In this document: positions 13,156-25,614 of the stretch, one piece after another
How the letters are laid out: each line of letters opens with the position of its first letter
Numbering within the stretch: the first letter of the stretch is position 1
Origin: Lytechinus pictus
Taxonomy: Eukaryota
Length of the DNA stretch: 64,000 nt
Direction of reading: 5' to 3'
Assembly (NCBI RefSeq): GCF_037042905.1
Contig: NC_087252.1
Location: forward strand, 21,082,001 to 21,146,000
The notes under the pieces: generated by a model
Database searches by the model: none
Told to the model about the DNA's origin: nothing
The model's input: the letters and a program-made list of their open reading frames with translations, nothing else
Made by a program: the position numbers and the translations under genes

Positions 13156-14112
13156 CTGGCATTGAGACCACAGCTCTCTCTCGAGATGTATCATGTACCC
13201 TTACCATAGGGCCTATACATGTAAACGTTCTAAAAAATTGCAAACATTGTAAGTCAATTTTTAGACCTCCAAATCAAACATAAGCCTTGTAATTGATTGC
13301 AAATTTGCAACTGATTACTTGTTTGCTTCTTGCATCAACAAATATAGACGTACATGTAATATCAATTTACAACTGAAGTTTGCAGTGAATTGCGACTATC
13401 TTATTCTGTCACTCTCTCACAATTACACCGTCAAGCCTTGTGTTTATGAAGTGCAAGCTATTATGTTTCATAATTGATCTCGACAAGGGCTATTCATTGA
13501 GTTTATTTGTGGTGTGGTAATTAATGCAGGCCTCGGAAAAAACCCATTTCATTTTACAGAATGGATGGTTGGTACACGTTTTGTGTCCCAATTTGTCCCC
13601 GTGAGTAAAGTTCAACCTGCTGTCAATCTCCATGCGTGGGACTACATCAGATAATGACATCACAATGGATGACTGCATCGTTCCGGAACATTTCATTGCA
13701 TGCATGACAGCATGTAAAGTCGATCATTCCTTTCGTCTAAAAGAGACAACTTTAATCTTTGCAAAAGAATAGAGAGACATTTTGAAAATAGAGGGATTTT
13801 CAATTAATTATTTAATCATTCAACTGAACAGCCCTTTTATTGAAGAACAGAATTGAAGATGTGGAATGTGTATTTCAGGAGTAAATATTTATTTTTTCTC
13901 ACATTATTGTGAAGATGTAAACAAATAAACATCTAGACCAGTACATTCCTCAGTTCTCATTTTATCAGAGATCTTTACTTGTTAAAAACAAACATTTAGT
14001 ATCATTAAAACATTTTATACTGAAAGCAATAATTGTGCCAACATGAATGACCCTAATTCGGGCTACAAGGGGGGGGGGTGGTAGGTCAGGTATCCTATAC
14101 AGCCGGTGCTGT

Positions 14113-14465
14113 TCATGGAAGCGTCGTGGTGTAGCGGTTCTGACTCTCCCCTTGTAATCAGAGGGTCGTGTGTTCGAATCCCACCATGGCCTAGCGTCCT
14201 TTGGCAAGGCGTTAATCCACACTTTGCCACTCTCCACCCAGGTGTTAAATGGGTACCCGGTAGGATGTGAAAGCCTATATGTAGTATACCTAGCAATTGA
14301 GTCTTGGAACTCTTGTTGGAATGCTCCCCAGGGAGTGGAGAAGGTGCATACATTATATGCGGGCATGCAAAGATCCGATGACCAGGGTAATAATGTCTGT
14401 AAAGCGCTTATAGACGTCGTTCCGATGTATTAAGCGCTATATAAATGCGGAATATTATTATTAAT
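14113..14465 (+). mobile_element. Full-length tRNA-derived SINE with CORE-like centre and L2-like 3' tail
   Basis: A box TGGTGTAGCGG, B box GTTCGAATCC, centre CCTTTGGCAAGGC...CACCCAGGTGTTAAATGGGTACC and tail TGTAAAGCGCTT...AAGCGCTATATAAATGCGGAA(TAT)n. Highly similar to the copies at 27983 and 30586. Confidence 0.9.
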
Positions 14466-14950
14466 AACAACAAACCTACATTGCATTGTGATGAAATATA
14501 ATTAAGGGTGACTGACGTGAATTTTGATCAAGTATAAATGAATATGATGTAAAATTCATTGCATAAATGTATTCATTCATGGAGCCCTGACTATACTGCT
14601 AAATTAACCTTCATTTATTTTGAAAAATTCCTCAAAAGAATGATCCCGCAAATATACTTGAACTGGTCGTGCAAAAAGACGGGAAATATTAGTGTTTGCA
14701 TAAACTTTTCATGGTTCATAACTTAACTTTGTTGTTTACTTAACTAAAAGCGGAAAGTACTGCTTGTACATGTTTGAAACACATTTGGTGCACTGATGTA
14801 GAGAAATTCTATGTTTGCAATGGTGTACTGTATGTAGATTTGACAGACCCTGAAAATATGGGATTTCCATGTTTTTTGTTTGCTCAATTTCATTCATACC
14901 TGCCGAGAATTCTCACATTGTTTGCAGGTTTTTAATTTGAAGAAAAGTGA

Positions 14951-17414
14951 GTTACAGAACCTACCAGGCTACGTGAAGGACAAGTGAGCAATATTCTTGA
15001 TCTTGTGCTTACAAACCAGCCAGACATGATAAGCAATATCCAACTCCAAGCCCCTCTTGGAAAAAGCGACCACCTCGCCATATCCTTTGAACTTTTTTTA
15101 GCACTAGGTAGTGAGCCCAAGAGAGGAAATAGACATTCGTATTACAAAGGTTATTACGATGAAATGAGGAAAGATGCAGGGAAGAACGATATATTTTGTG
15201 ATGTTTTTAATCGTGATCAAGTTGATGATAAATACACGTCATTTGTCAATGCTATGACATATCTAACTGAAAGATATGTTCCACTTGTATCCACAAATTG
15301 CAAACCTAAACCACTATGGATGAATGCTGAAGTGAATAGATCAATTAAAGATAAACATAAAGCATGGAATGTTTTTCAGAGGGACAGACGCAAAAAAAGA
15401 AATACGGTCAAATCCAGAGCTATATATACCACCATGAGAAACGAAGCAACAAAAAAGATTAACAGTGCTAAAAGGGACTTTGAAAAAAAACTTTCATCTG
15501 AAATCAAGCACAACTCAAAGAGTTTCTGGAGGTATATACACAGCAAGACAAAATCCAAGTTAGGAATACCTACTTTGATAAATGCTGAGGGATCTTATGC
15601 CGAAAGCAATGAAGAGAAATCAGTAGTTTTTAATAAGTTTTTCAGCTCGGTTTTCACTGTTGAAAATACTTTGGAAATTCCACAGTTCAAGAACAGATGC
15701 TTCGTGGATCCCTTAGTTGATATCCACATAGACAGTTCAGCTATAATTAAAATACTAAGACGTCTGGACCAAGACGAATCTCCAGGTCCTGATGGAATTC
15801 ATATTAGGATCTTAAAGGAATTACAGGAGATGGTAGCCCCAGTATTAGTAGATATTTTCATCACCTCAATGATTACAGGACAGATCCCTGACTTGTGGCG
15901 TTCTGCTAACGTGGTGCCCATTCACAAAAAGGGACCGAAAAATGTTCCAGAGAATTATCGACCTGTAAGTCTTACAAGTGTCGTTTGTAAGATTATGGAA
16001 ACAATTGTTAGGGATCAGATATTGGATCACTTAGAATCCAATAACCTACTAACGCCTCATCAACACGGGTTTAGGAAAGGAAGATCTTGTACTACCCAAC
16101 TACTGGAAGTCACAAATGATTGGAGTACTGCCCTTGATGCAAAGGACAGGACAGAAAGGATATAGTCGATTGCATTTACCTGGACTACCGCAAAGCGTTT
16201 GATAGTGTTCCCCATACTAGACTCCTCACAAAAGTACAAGGATATGGAATTCAAGGAAAAGTGTGGACATGGATTAAAGCGTTTCTCTCTGATCGCAAAC
16301 AAAGGGTGATAGTAGATGGAGCACTGTCCAAGGAATGTGAGGTGACCAGTGGAATTCCTCAAGGTAGTGTTATCGGCCCTGCCCTCTTTATTATCTTCAT
16401 CAATGATCTTCCGGATGTGATTTCTAAGAACTCTGTAGTCAAATTATTTGCAGACGACACAAAACTGTATGCACCTCGCCGTGACGAAGATGATAACGTA
16501 AGCCTACAAGATGATTTGTTCAACCTTTCGTCGTGGGCAGGAGACTGGCAGTTAACTTTCAACAAGAAGAAATGCAAAGGAATGTCTATTGGAAGAAAAA
16601 ATCCAGGTATGAGCTACCTACTAGTACCAGATGACACTTCTGAAATTCCAAAAGTGACAGAGGAAAATGACCTGGGAGTAACCTTTGATAACAATTTGCA
16701 ATTTTCTAAACATGTGATCAAAGCTTGTGCCAAAGCAAACCGCCTCTTAGGACTTATCAAGAGAACCTTCTCAAATTTGGATGAAAGAGGTCTGGTTCAA
16801 CTTTACAAGTCAATCATACGACCATCTTTAGAATATGCAGTAGTGTATGGCACCCCTATCTCAAGAAAGACATCATAAAACTGGAAAAAATCCAACGTAG
16901 AGCAACCAAGCTAATTCCACATCTGAAGAACTTGAGCTACATGGAACGACTGAAGACACTAAATCTACCAACGTTATCCTATAGGAGAAATAGAGCGGAT
17001 ATGATCTAAACGTTTAAGATTATTCAGGGCATAGATGATTTAGACTGTACAAATTTCTTCAAACTTGACACTCAACCTCGGACAAGAGGACATTCTAGAA
17101 AAAAAATCAAGCTAAGAGCACATTCAACACTCAGGCAAAGGGATTTCTCGCAACGAGTAATCAACCTATGGAATGACCTACCTTCTGAGGTCGTAAACAG
17201 TAGCAGTATAAATTCATTCAAATCAAATCTAGAGAAGGCCTGGAAAACCAAGTATAATCGCTTCGACCCAGACACAGAATTTTCACAAATCGTCCAAACC
17301 CACACATGCATGTGAAATTGTTACATTTATAACTGAGGACAAGTTCTAAGAAGATGCAGAGGGGCAAATAAGTCTTCTATACTTTATGCCCAACATCAAG
17401 GTAAATCAAGGTAA
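14951..17414 (+). mobile_element. 5'-truncated, inactivated CR1-clade LINE (end of APE endonuclease, reverse transcriptase, 3' UTR)
   Basis: Motifs: VTEPTR..NILDLVLTN..LGKSDH (endonuclease end), SPGPDG, NYRPVSLTSVVCKIMETI, QHGFRKGRSC, YLDYRKAFDSVPH, SGIPQGSVIGPALF, LFADDTKL, LEKIQRRATK. Lesions: AGGAC duplication frameshift near 16145, 1-bp deletion near 16837, TAA at 17007. It ends in the short tandem repeat (ATCAAGGTAA)x2 at 17395-17414, as CR1 elements typically do. Confidence 0.93.
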
Positions 17415-17480
17415 AATGAAATTGTCAGAAGTGAATATTTATGCAGACAGATAAAATCATCTACATGTACCATATCTTAA

Positions 17481-17870
17481 ATATAAATACCAGTTGTGGT
17501 AATGATCTCAAGATGAGTTCAAACAGAATCCAATGAAATTAACACCAAAGTGTGTGTATGTAAAATATGTGATAAATAGCTTTGAAAGAAAATACGTAAT
17601 TGCTGAAAAATGAGCAAAATTAACACAGAATTCTATCTAATGTCTGGTATGTTTCGAAGCAGTATTAATACATTGTCCCACATACATGTATGCTTTTCCG
17701 TGTTAGTGATCATCAGAATTATCTATATTGAGCTAAGATTTCGTGATTTTACAAAGATAAGTTTACATCAATGTACCAAATCTAGATGTATCATAAAATT
17801 TTGACAATTAACCTTGATTTAATGACTTTCTCATGAAATAATTGTTTGCTGCAACAGTAGCCATTTACCT
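17481..17870 (+). mobile_element. TTAA-TSD MITE, roughly 395-bp family, older copy
   Basis: ttaa|ATATAAATACCAGTTGTGGTAATGATCTCAAG ... CATTTACCT|ttaa; colinear with 56065 and 60044. Confidence 0.8.
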
Positions 17871-17884
17871 TTAAAGAATAGAGA

Positions 17885-18770
17885 TGGAAAGAGAGAGAGT
17901 GATAAAGAGATATAGAGGGGAGAGGGGGAAGGAAGAGGGAAAGGGGGAGGAGGGAAGAAAGGAGTGAATCATAGAAAGAGGGACTTAAAACGAAAACTGA
18001 GAAAACGTAGAGAGAGAGAGAGTGATAAAGAGAAATATATAGAGGGGAGAGGGGGAAGGAAGAGGGAAGGGGGGAGGAGGGAAGAAAGGAGTAAATTATT
18101 GAAAGAGGAATTTAAAACGAAAACTGAGAAAACGGAGAGAGAGAGAGAGGGAGCTGAAAAAAAATTATTGGGTGCCCAATATGAATGGAAGGGTATCTTT
18201 GACCAATGACTTACATGTAATAGGAAGAAGAGAGGGCAATGGAATAAGAATTATTAGTGTGAAAGGAAGAGGGGGGGGGGGGCAAAATGAATAATGCACA
18301 GAAAACATCATAAAATCACAACCTGCAACATAATGAAAAAAAATAAAAGCAAACAGATGAAGAAAGAAGATGGATGGGTGCCCAATATGAAGGGAAGGGT
18401 ATCCTTGATCATGGACATAGGAGGGAGAGAGGGCAATGGTAATAAAACTAAAGACAGCAAGAGAGGGACAGGGGGGGGGGGGCAAAATAATAAGTCAAGA
18501 AAACTAGAAATGAAATCACACCAGGATGAATAGCTTCATCACAAACAGATATGACCCCCCCCCCCCATCTACCAAAAAAAAATCTTTAAAAAAATCAATG
18601 CTTCAGAAGGATGCTTTTATTGCAGAAATTAAAAAGCTATCACTAAAGACGTGCTAACAAGAGAATGACATGGTCCAATAAAGAAATGATCGAATAAATG
18701 CTTTAAAAGGATGCTTTTATTGCAGAAATGATGAAAGCTTTCAATAAAAGAGTGCTAAGGAGAGAATAAC
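17885..18770. repeat. Purine-rich region made of three successive local duplications
   Basis: A GA-rich unit of about 120 bp x2; GGGTGCCCAATATGAA unit near 18171 and 18376; AAGGATGCTTTTATTGCAGAAAT near 18607 and 18707. Confidence 0.75.
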
Positions 18771-20544
18771 CTCATACAAGTGTAAAATCAATGTCAACAC
18801 AATACCAACACAAATAGGACCAGAGAGAACAAAAGGAGGAAAAGTTTGTCTAGCAAACAACGATACAAGTGCTTTCCAGGCTTAATGATGTTATTTCATG
18901 GACGAGGCTGTACCTTTCTCACTTCTAACAAAACAATTACGATGGTATGACAACATACAACCCTTTCAAATGTTTTTAAGAAGGTTCTGAATAACATGCA
19001 CAATATGATATTTATCTACATGTACAGTGACATCTTAAGGCTAAATCTGGTAATATAAAAAAAAGTAGAAAAATGAAAAAAAAAAGTCAATGAATTCTAT
19101 ATAGAAATCAAACAAAAAAAGCAAGAGACCATTATTTATATTTTAACACTGCTTTCTGAAACTACAAATTTTTGGACCCCCCCCCCACACACAATTATTT
19201 GCTCAATGTGAACAGGCCTGTATTGTATCAATTAAATCTGTCATCAATTTGATCTTACTTTACATATAATTCTGTTCCGCTCATGCTCGATCTAATAAGA
19301 TATATTTTCATTTATGAAGCATGCTTATGGCATTTCCTGTCAATTATATTCTCAGGAATAAGATTATTATTTAACTCCACAGACAATGTTCAGCTGTACT
19401 GCATTATAGAATGTTATTTTAGTACCCGAACTGACGCTAAATATGGTATCTTCTTTGTTCGTCATCGCCCAAATTTGAATCAATAATCGGTTAATCTGTA
19501 CATGTCTGAGGGAGCTCTGAGCAATCAATATATGGAAGCTGAAAAAGATTGTGAGGGTAAAATGGAATCTGTTTGGAAGGTGGGGGGGGGGGGTAAGATT
19601 TGTATTAAAAAAAAGGGTTCATCTCTAATGAAGTGTTTTTATAAGACACTTAGAAAGGGAATTATTTTAAAGTAATTTCATAGTACTGTTATTTCAGAGA
19701 AATTTCAAAGTTAAACGACTCAATGCCAAACACGACTGTAACATCAATAGATTCAACGCTATTTATATGAAATACAGTCAATAAAACTGCCTCGGCCACC
19801 TGTCCATAGTGGTCACTCTCGCCACATTTGAGTGTCCACGATAGAAAGGTTTGGCTGTACTGGCAGGTCTATTTAAACCCTGATTTAAATATAAAAAATC
19901 AGGTGAACATTCCCTGAAAGGAAAATATTTACTTTACAATCCTAATTTCAATAAATTTCTTAACTAGAAAATGATGCCTGTCTGCTCATCGCCCTGAAAT
20001 CACAACTTCCGAAGTACTTCAACATGTTGATGTCTCACCCTTATATTGATACAACTTTTGTTATAGTCCCACTTACAACAATTCCTGTATGCTTCATTGC
20101 CTTACTAATGGTTGCACCCTGCATGTGTGTGTTTAGCACATGTTTGAAAAGCCGTTTTCTTCATTTTTTCTCTTTCCTTTGATGTTCCTTTGTTCCCGAG
20201 ACCCCGGCGCTAGACCCACGGCTCGAGGTGCACCCATCCCTGTGAGAGCGTGTGAAAATTTGTCCAGCAGAGCTGGATATCGGGTACTTTACAGGCACTT
20301 AGACCCAAGTGGGGTGCCAAACTGCTTTTTTTTTTAACTACAGTTTTTTTAATTCCTTTCTTTTTTCTTCAGTGAGAGCTGCCGCATATATTTGACCTCT
20401 GAAAATAATTCACTCATGAATGGTTGGTGTCAAAATATGTTATGATACATGTATTCAAACCCAGTTTTCCATTGGAGATTAATACTTCCATGTATTACAC
20501 TATACATGCTGTAGCATGGCTACCCTGGTCATACAGGTGCTTGC

Positions 20545-20703
20545 GCTTTCAAGGAATTCCTATCACAGTTTCAGGTGCCCATTCACTACACCTGAATTGA
20601 GAGTGGCAAATGTAGATAAATGCCTTGCTGAAGGATAAGAGAGGTACCCCGGAACTATAGGGGTTCTAACTCCATAGACTTTTCCACTGAGCCACAACGC
20701 CTC
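20545..20703 (-). mobile_element. Old degenerate SINE fragment
   Basis: The reverse complement resembles the SINE head and core (GGCGTTGTGGCTCAGTGG...CAGCAAGGCATTTATCTACATTTGCCACTCTCAATTCAGGTGT..AATGGGCACC). Confidence 0.6.
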
Positions 20704-22368
20704 AACTTTTGAACAATCTGCCTGATTTTGCTGATTTTGTTCATTTATTATGCCCTGCCAACCACTGCTTTCAGAGACCATTATATTTCATTCCAGGAAA
20801 GATTGACATTTCGCACTAGTTCATTGAGACTTGTTATTTTCAAGTCACCTATTCAAGCAACATTTAATGTCAATCATGCATACTACACTGTAGCCTCTCT
20901 CACAAACACCTTCCCCATTCTTCAGCTCCAATCAAAATAAGGGGGGGGGGGGGAGGAATGATGCATAAACATTCTACATGTAAGCCCTATGTGTAGTTGC
21001 TGAGGAAGATATGTAGCATTTGGTGATTGAAAAAAATAGGGTGATGGGCTGGTTGCATGTCCCCCCCCCTCCCCCTTCCCTCTCTCTTCCCATTCCTCCC
21101 AACTCTCTCACCTCCCCCTTCTCCCCTACCCCTCCTCTCCGATCTCCCCCTCTTCCTCCCCTCCCCATGAAAGAATTTCATAAGTCCACACACTGGCTAC
21201 TCCCCTGACCAAGCTAAATCAAATATGCTCCACATATCTGGATCCTCACAAATAAAGATAACCTTCATTAAAATGCAATCGTGACAGGACAACAGCGAGG
21301 AGTCTGCTTTTTCTTCTCGCAAGAATCCCCCAAAGAGGTCAATCTCATTAAAAAGTGCAAATAACCGACCCATTGGCTTTTTTCTCCTGCCTTACATATA
21401 TCATAATTGGGCAAAATGGTACTAACCTTGTATTCCATATCATCCCCCGCTGACCGCTTGCTCCCTTTGCGAGGTGGTCAAATATTCTGCATATTCATTT
21501 AGCACCTTGAATGATTTATTATGCATGACTGCATGTGCTAGCAAACTTAAGCCTACAAGTCTGTAGTACCGTTACATTATCAAGGGAGATTGCAACGCAA
21601 TTAATAATTCATGGTCATAAAATATTGTGCCAGGCCCAGGCCCGTGTAACATGTAGCTTTGCAATTGATCGTGTGGCTGGTTTTATACGAGAAATGACTC
21701 CTGTAGTTCGACAATACTCTCAAAGCTATGGAATAATTTCTCAGAGTCAAAAAAAGAGTCTGCGATGGAAGACTAGTGGTGAGTGGCGGCAGAGGAGTTA
21801 AAAAGCGATACTGAAGCAATTATTCACCGTCCAGCGTGCGTACGTACCTACCGAAGGAACGATTCTTTGCCCACATGTAAAGGTGTTTTGATTGAAATGT
21901 GATCCGGGTCAGAAATGAAGTCGTCGAACCCCTGCTATGGTAGAGGTGATGATGCAAACAGGAGATCAAAGAAGAAGCCCTACCAGCGGCTGGGGAGCAG
22001 GAAATTGGAGGTGTTGAGATGGAGAAATATCAACAAACATGACTTTATTCAAAGTTACGGGAATTAAATATTGCAGCCGAGGTCTTAATCTGTTTATATC
22101 ATTGCACCTCGCAAGCTATTCAAGCTTACTGAAACCACAATGTAATTTTTGTTATTGTGAAATACATGTAAATCATCTTTATTATATTTTATATTGCATC
22201 CAGGCATGCATACTGTGGGTTTAATTATATTAAGTGATAAAATGTTCTTACATTCTGTTATTTTCATTTTCATATTGATATTTCAATGAATGTCATGGAC
22301 AAATTCATTTATTTCTATTTATTAAAAAAAAATGTAATAAAAATATAATGATACAATAAAACCTTTAA

Positions 22369-22951
22369 AGGAGAATGAAACCCTTCAAACCAGCTGAATC
22401 CATATCAAAGAGAAAAATCAAAGAAACATATTGTTGAAAGTTTGAGGAAGATTGAATGAATAATAAGAAAGTTATGAGCATTTGAATATTGAGATCACTA
22501 ATGCCATGTAGATCCTCCCATTGGCAATGCGACCAAGATCTGTGATGTCACACACGTACAACTCCCTCATTGCTTTAGTACTTATTTCACTTAATTCTCA
22601 CATTTATAGAATCTATCACAAGGTGAGGTGTTCTCTTTATGAGAGGACAAGTACAGAGGTTTCACAACATTATATCATTGATGAATCGTTTGTCATATGA
22701 TTAGAATGAGCAAAAAGAGATGTTTTGGGGTATATTTTCAGTGTCCAAAAGGGGAGAGTTGTTCATCTGTGATATCATAGATCTTGGTCGCATTGCCAAT
22801 GGGAGGATCTCCATAGCATTAGTGATCTCGACATTCAAATGCTCATAAATCTTTTATTGCTAGTCCTATTTTACTCAAACTTTTGTTGATCTTATTCTTT
22901 GATTTTCCTGCTTTCACAAAAGCTAACTTGCTCCAAGAGTTTCATTCTCCT
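22369..22951. mobile_element. 583-bp TTAA-TSD Kolobok-like MITE
   Basis: ttaa|AGGAGAATGAAACC ... GAGTTTCATTCTCCT|ttaa; same length and nearly the same sequence as 29020 and 31625. Confidence 0.92.
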
Positions 22952-22972
22952 TTAAAACTTCCACTTGCTATG

Positions 22973-23625
22973 ATTATCACAACCATGGCATCATATCTCT
23001 AATTTGTATTATCTAAATCATTAATTTGATTTTCTATTGAATTTTGCATTATCAACTACAAATTATAATAAAGTAATTGTGATTAAAAAAGGCAGTATCC
23101 ATCCATATTCCTACATGTACAGTGTATGGGCAGCCACAATAAAAAAAAATAGTATGATGCATAAACTATTATTGCATGGTGAAAAACATAAACAATTTAT
23201 ATGATTTTTTGTCAATAATAATTATCACAACCATCATATCTCTAATTTTTTATTATCTAAATCATTAATTTGATTTTCTATTGAATTTGCATTATCACCT
23301 ACAAATTATAATAAAGTAATTGTGATTAAAAAAGGCAGTATCCATCCTTATTCCTATACATGTACAGTGTATGGGCAGCCACAATAAAAAAAATATGATG
23401 ATGCATAAACTATTATTGCATGGTGAAAAACATCAACAATTTATATGAGTTTTTTGTCAATGTATGTAGGCCTTCAAAGCTACATGTAAATGGATGATCA
23501 TAGAATTTAAAAAAAAAGTGAAAAAAATCTACAATTTATGATTTTTTTGTCAATGTACATGTATGTAGGCCTTCAAAGCTAAATGGATAATCATAGCATT
23601 AAAAAAAGAAATAGTGAAAAAAGAA
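22973..23625. repeat. Tandem duplication of about 250 bp followed by one of about 100 bp
   Basis: ATTATCACAACCAT...CATATCTCTAATT occurs at 22973 and 23221; TGTAGGCCTTCAAAGCTA occurs near 23465 and 23564. Confidence 0.9.
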
Positions 23626-24304
23626 TAGGTTTGCTTAATTATATATTTTTTTCAATTTTGCAGGCCCTGGGTCTTTGCTTGAAGACTACCACTTGAGGCA
23701 TGTTTAATGCTCGCAGTCCTGTGCATAAGATTCCTACCTCCCGGCATGCGGCCACTCCAGAAGATAAACGAAGAAATCCAAACGCTTTCGCTCACACACA
23801 ACGATGCTCCCATTTTATGCTTTGGGGTACACACTGCCTTCTCTCTATAAAAGAGATTCACTCTTCGAGATTATCAAAGATGCATGCCTTTCGTTCGTTT
23901 ATTGACTTCATTTGTTGTTTCGTTCACTGCAATTATGTACATACTGTATGCATTCCCCTAGTGTGTAAAAATCAAAATTTCCATATCTAAACTGGCCAAT
24001 GTCACAAATTCTATTGCAGTTCCAATATTGAAAAGATTATGAAATACATGTACCTCTCACAAAAGTTTGAAGAATTATGCAAATAATCATATATATCTCT
24101 AATATCTGATATCTTTTATCTGGCTTGTCATGTTCACATGTTAAAGAAATACGGTGATGGCTTTCTTAAAATTTTTGCTAAAATTGCATTTTCATTTTAA
24201 ATAATGTATCAATCATATTTAGAGATTAGGCAATGTTCATTCAAAATACTGAACAGAAGTTTATTCACAGTTACTAGAAACAAATACCCTTTGTGATTGA
24301 GTGT

Positions 24305-24543
24305 CACAGCAAAAACTGTGGTGTTAATCGGTGTACATAGAGGACCACACCAATTATTTTACTCCGGTGTTAAAGTGATGGTGTGAGTTTAACACCTATG
24401 GGTGTTATTACAACACCTTTGGTTGTTACATTTACACTCTTTGGTGTTATGTTCAATCTCTAGGGTGTAATTTTAACACCTCGGGGTGTGGTCCTCTATT
24501 AACACCAACTGGTGTCAGTTTTAACACCACAGTTTTTACAGTG
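24305..24543. mobile_element. CAC..GTG MITE (EnSpm-like) with internal AACACC/GGTGTT repeats
   Basis: TIR CACAGCAAAAACTGTGGTGTTAA / TTAACACCACAGTTTTTACAGTG. A degenerate left end of this family occurs at about 62958-63010. Confidence 0.75.
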
Positions 24544-25320
24544 TACGATTCAACATTTTGAAAACAGAAACAATGAATGTACATGTATATATAAATTTGT
24601 ATTCATATCCTCCGGCTATTTCAAAATACAAGTAATATGTTTGCATGATTTCAAGTAATGCTTTCAGTACAGAAGTGGAAACATGATTCCAGACATCGGT
24701 AGCCAAGCAGCACTTCAGATTCCAGGCGACACTCGAATGTCACGATGACAAAATAAAATATCCACAAGCATAAAACTACCCATGTTTACTGAACCCCAGG
24801 AGACAGTATTTGAATGAGGCAAAATGTCATTCACCCATTCAAAAGAGATTTTTTAATTCATATAAATGTTGACCTTTGCCAAAATAAATACAGCACATAT
24901 GAAGTGGTTGTGTTGCAAATTATTTCATATGGACAAGACAGGTGTACATGTATTAGTTGAGGTATGCTACCCCAACAACCCCTCCCCTCCCCCCCCCCAA
25001 GAAAAAAAGATGATGATGATGGGTTCGGATGCAATACTGGTATCCACCTCTTCTGGGCGCTCATGGTGCTTGCTCAAAAATAGGAAATGTCTCTCAAGTT
25101 TCAATGTCTTCAAGCAGTGCTTAGAATCATCATTCAGTTCAAATACCGGTACTGTCAGTAGTAGTGCTACAAGTATGTTATTCTTGCGATGATGTTGGAG
25201 TAGGAAAAAGAAATATATAATAATAGATTTATGAATAAAAATACTTCACTAAATATCGGACAGCATTAGACAGGGGTATATGAAACAGGATTCACTTTGT
25301 TCCTATAGTACAGTATATTT

Positions 25321-25614
25321 GTGGAGCGTTGTGGCCCAGTGGATTAGTCTCTGGACTTTGAAACAGAGGGTCGTGGGTTCGAATCCGAACCATGGCGTAA
25401 TTTCCTTCGGCAAGAAATTTATCCACATTGTGCTGCACTCGACCCAGGTAGGTGAATGGGTACCCGGTAGGATTTATTCATTGAACGCTTTAGCGCCTAT
25501 TAATATGGCGGCTTAGCTACAGCCGGGGTAATAATATGATACCAAGTATCAAAGCGCAGTTGAGTAGATGCACATAGTATTAACTCCGCTATATAAATGG
25601 ACATATTATTATTA
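25321..25614 (+). mobile_element. tRNA-derived SINE, related second family
   Basis: A box TGGCCCAGTGG, B box GGTTCGAATCC, core CCTTCGGCAAG...GACCCAGGT...AATGGGTACC and tail CGCTATATAAATGGACA(TAT)n. Confidence 0.85.

Noticed and set aside
14117..14190. Possible tRNA gene
   Set aside because: The A/B boxes run on into a SINE core and tail present in multiple copies, with no complete cloverleaf or terminator.
14984..16878. RT ORFs as a retron, DGR or domesticated gene
   Set aside because: The motifs, frameshifts, 5' truncation and 3' tandem tail all fit a dead CR1 LINE.
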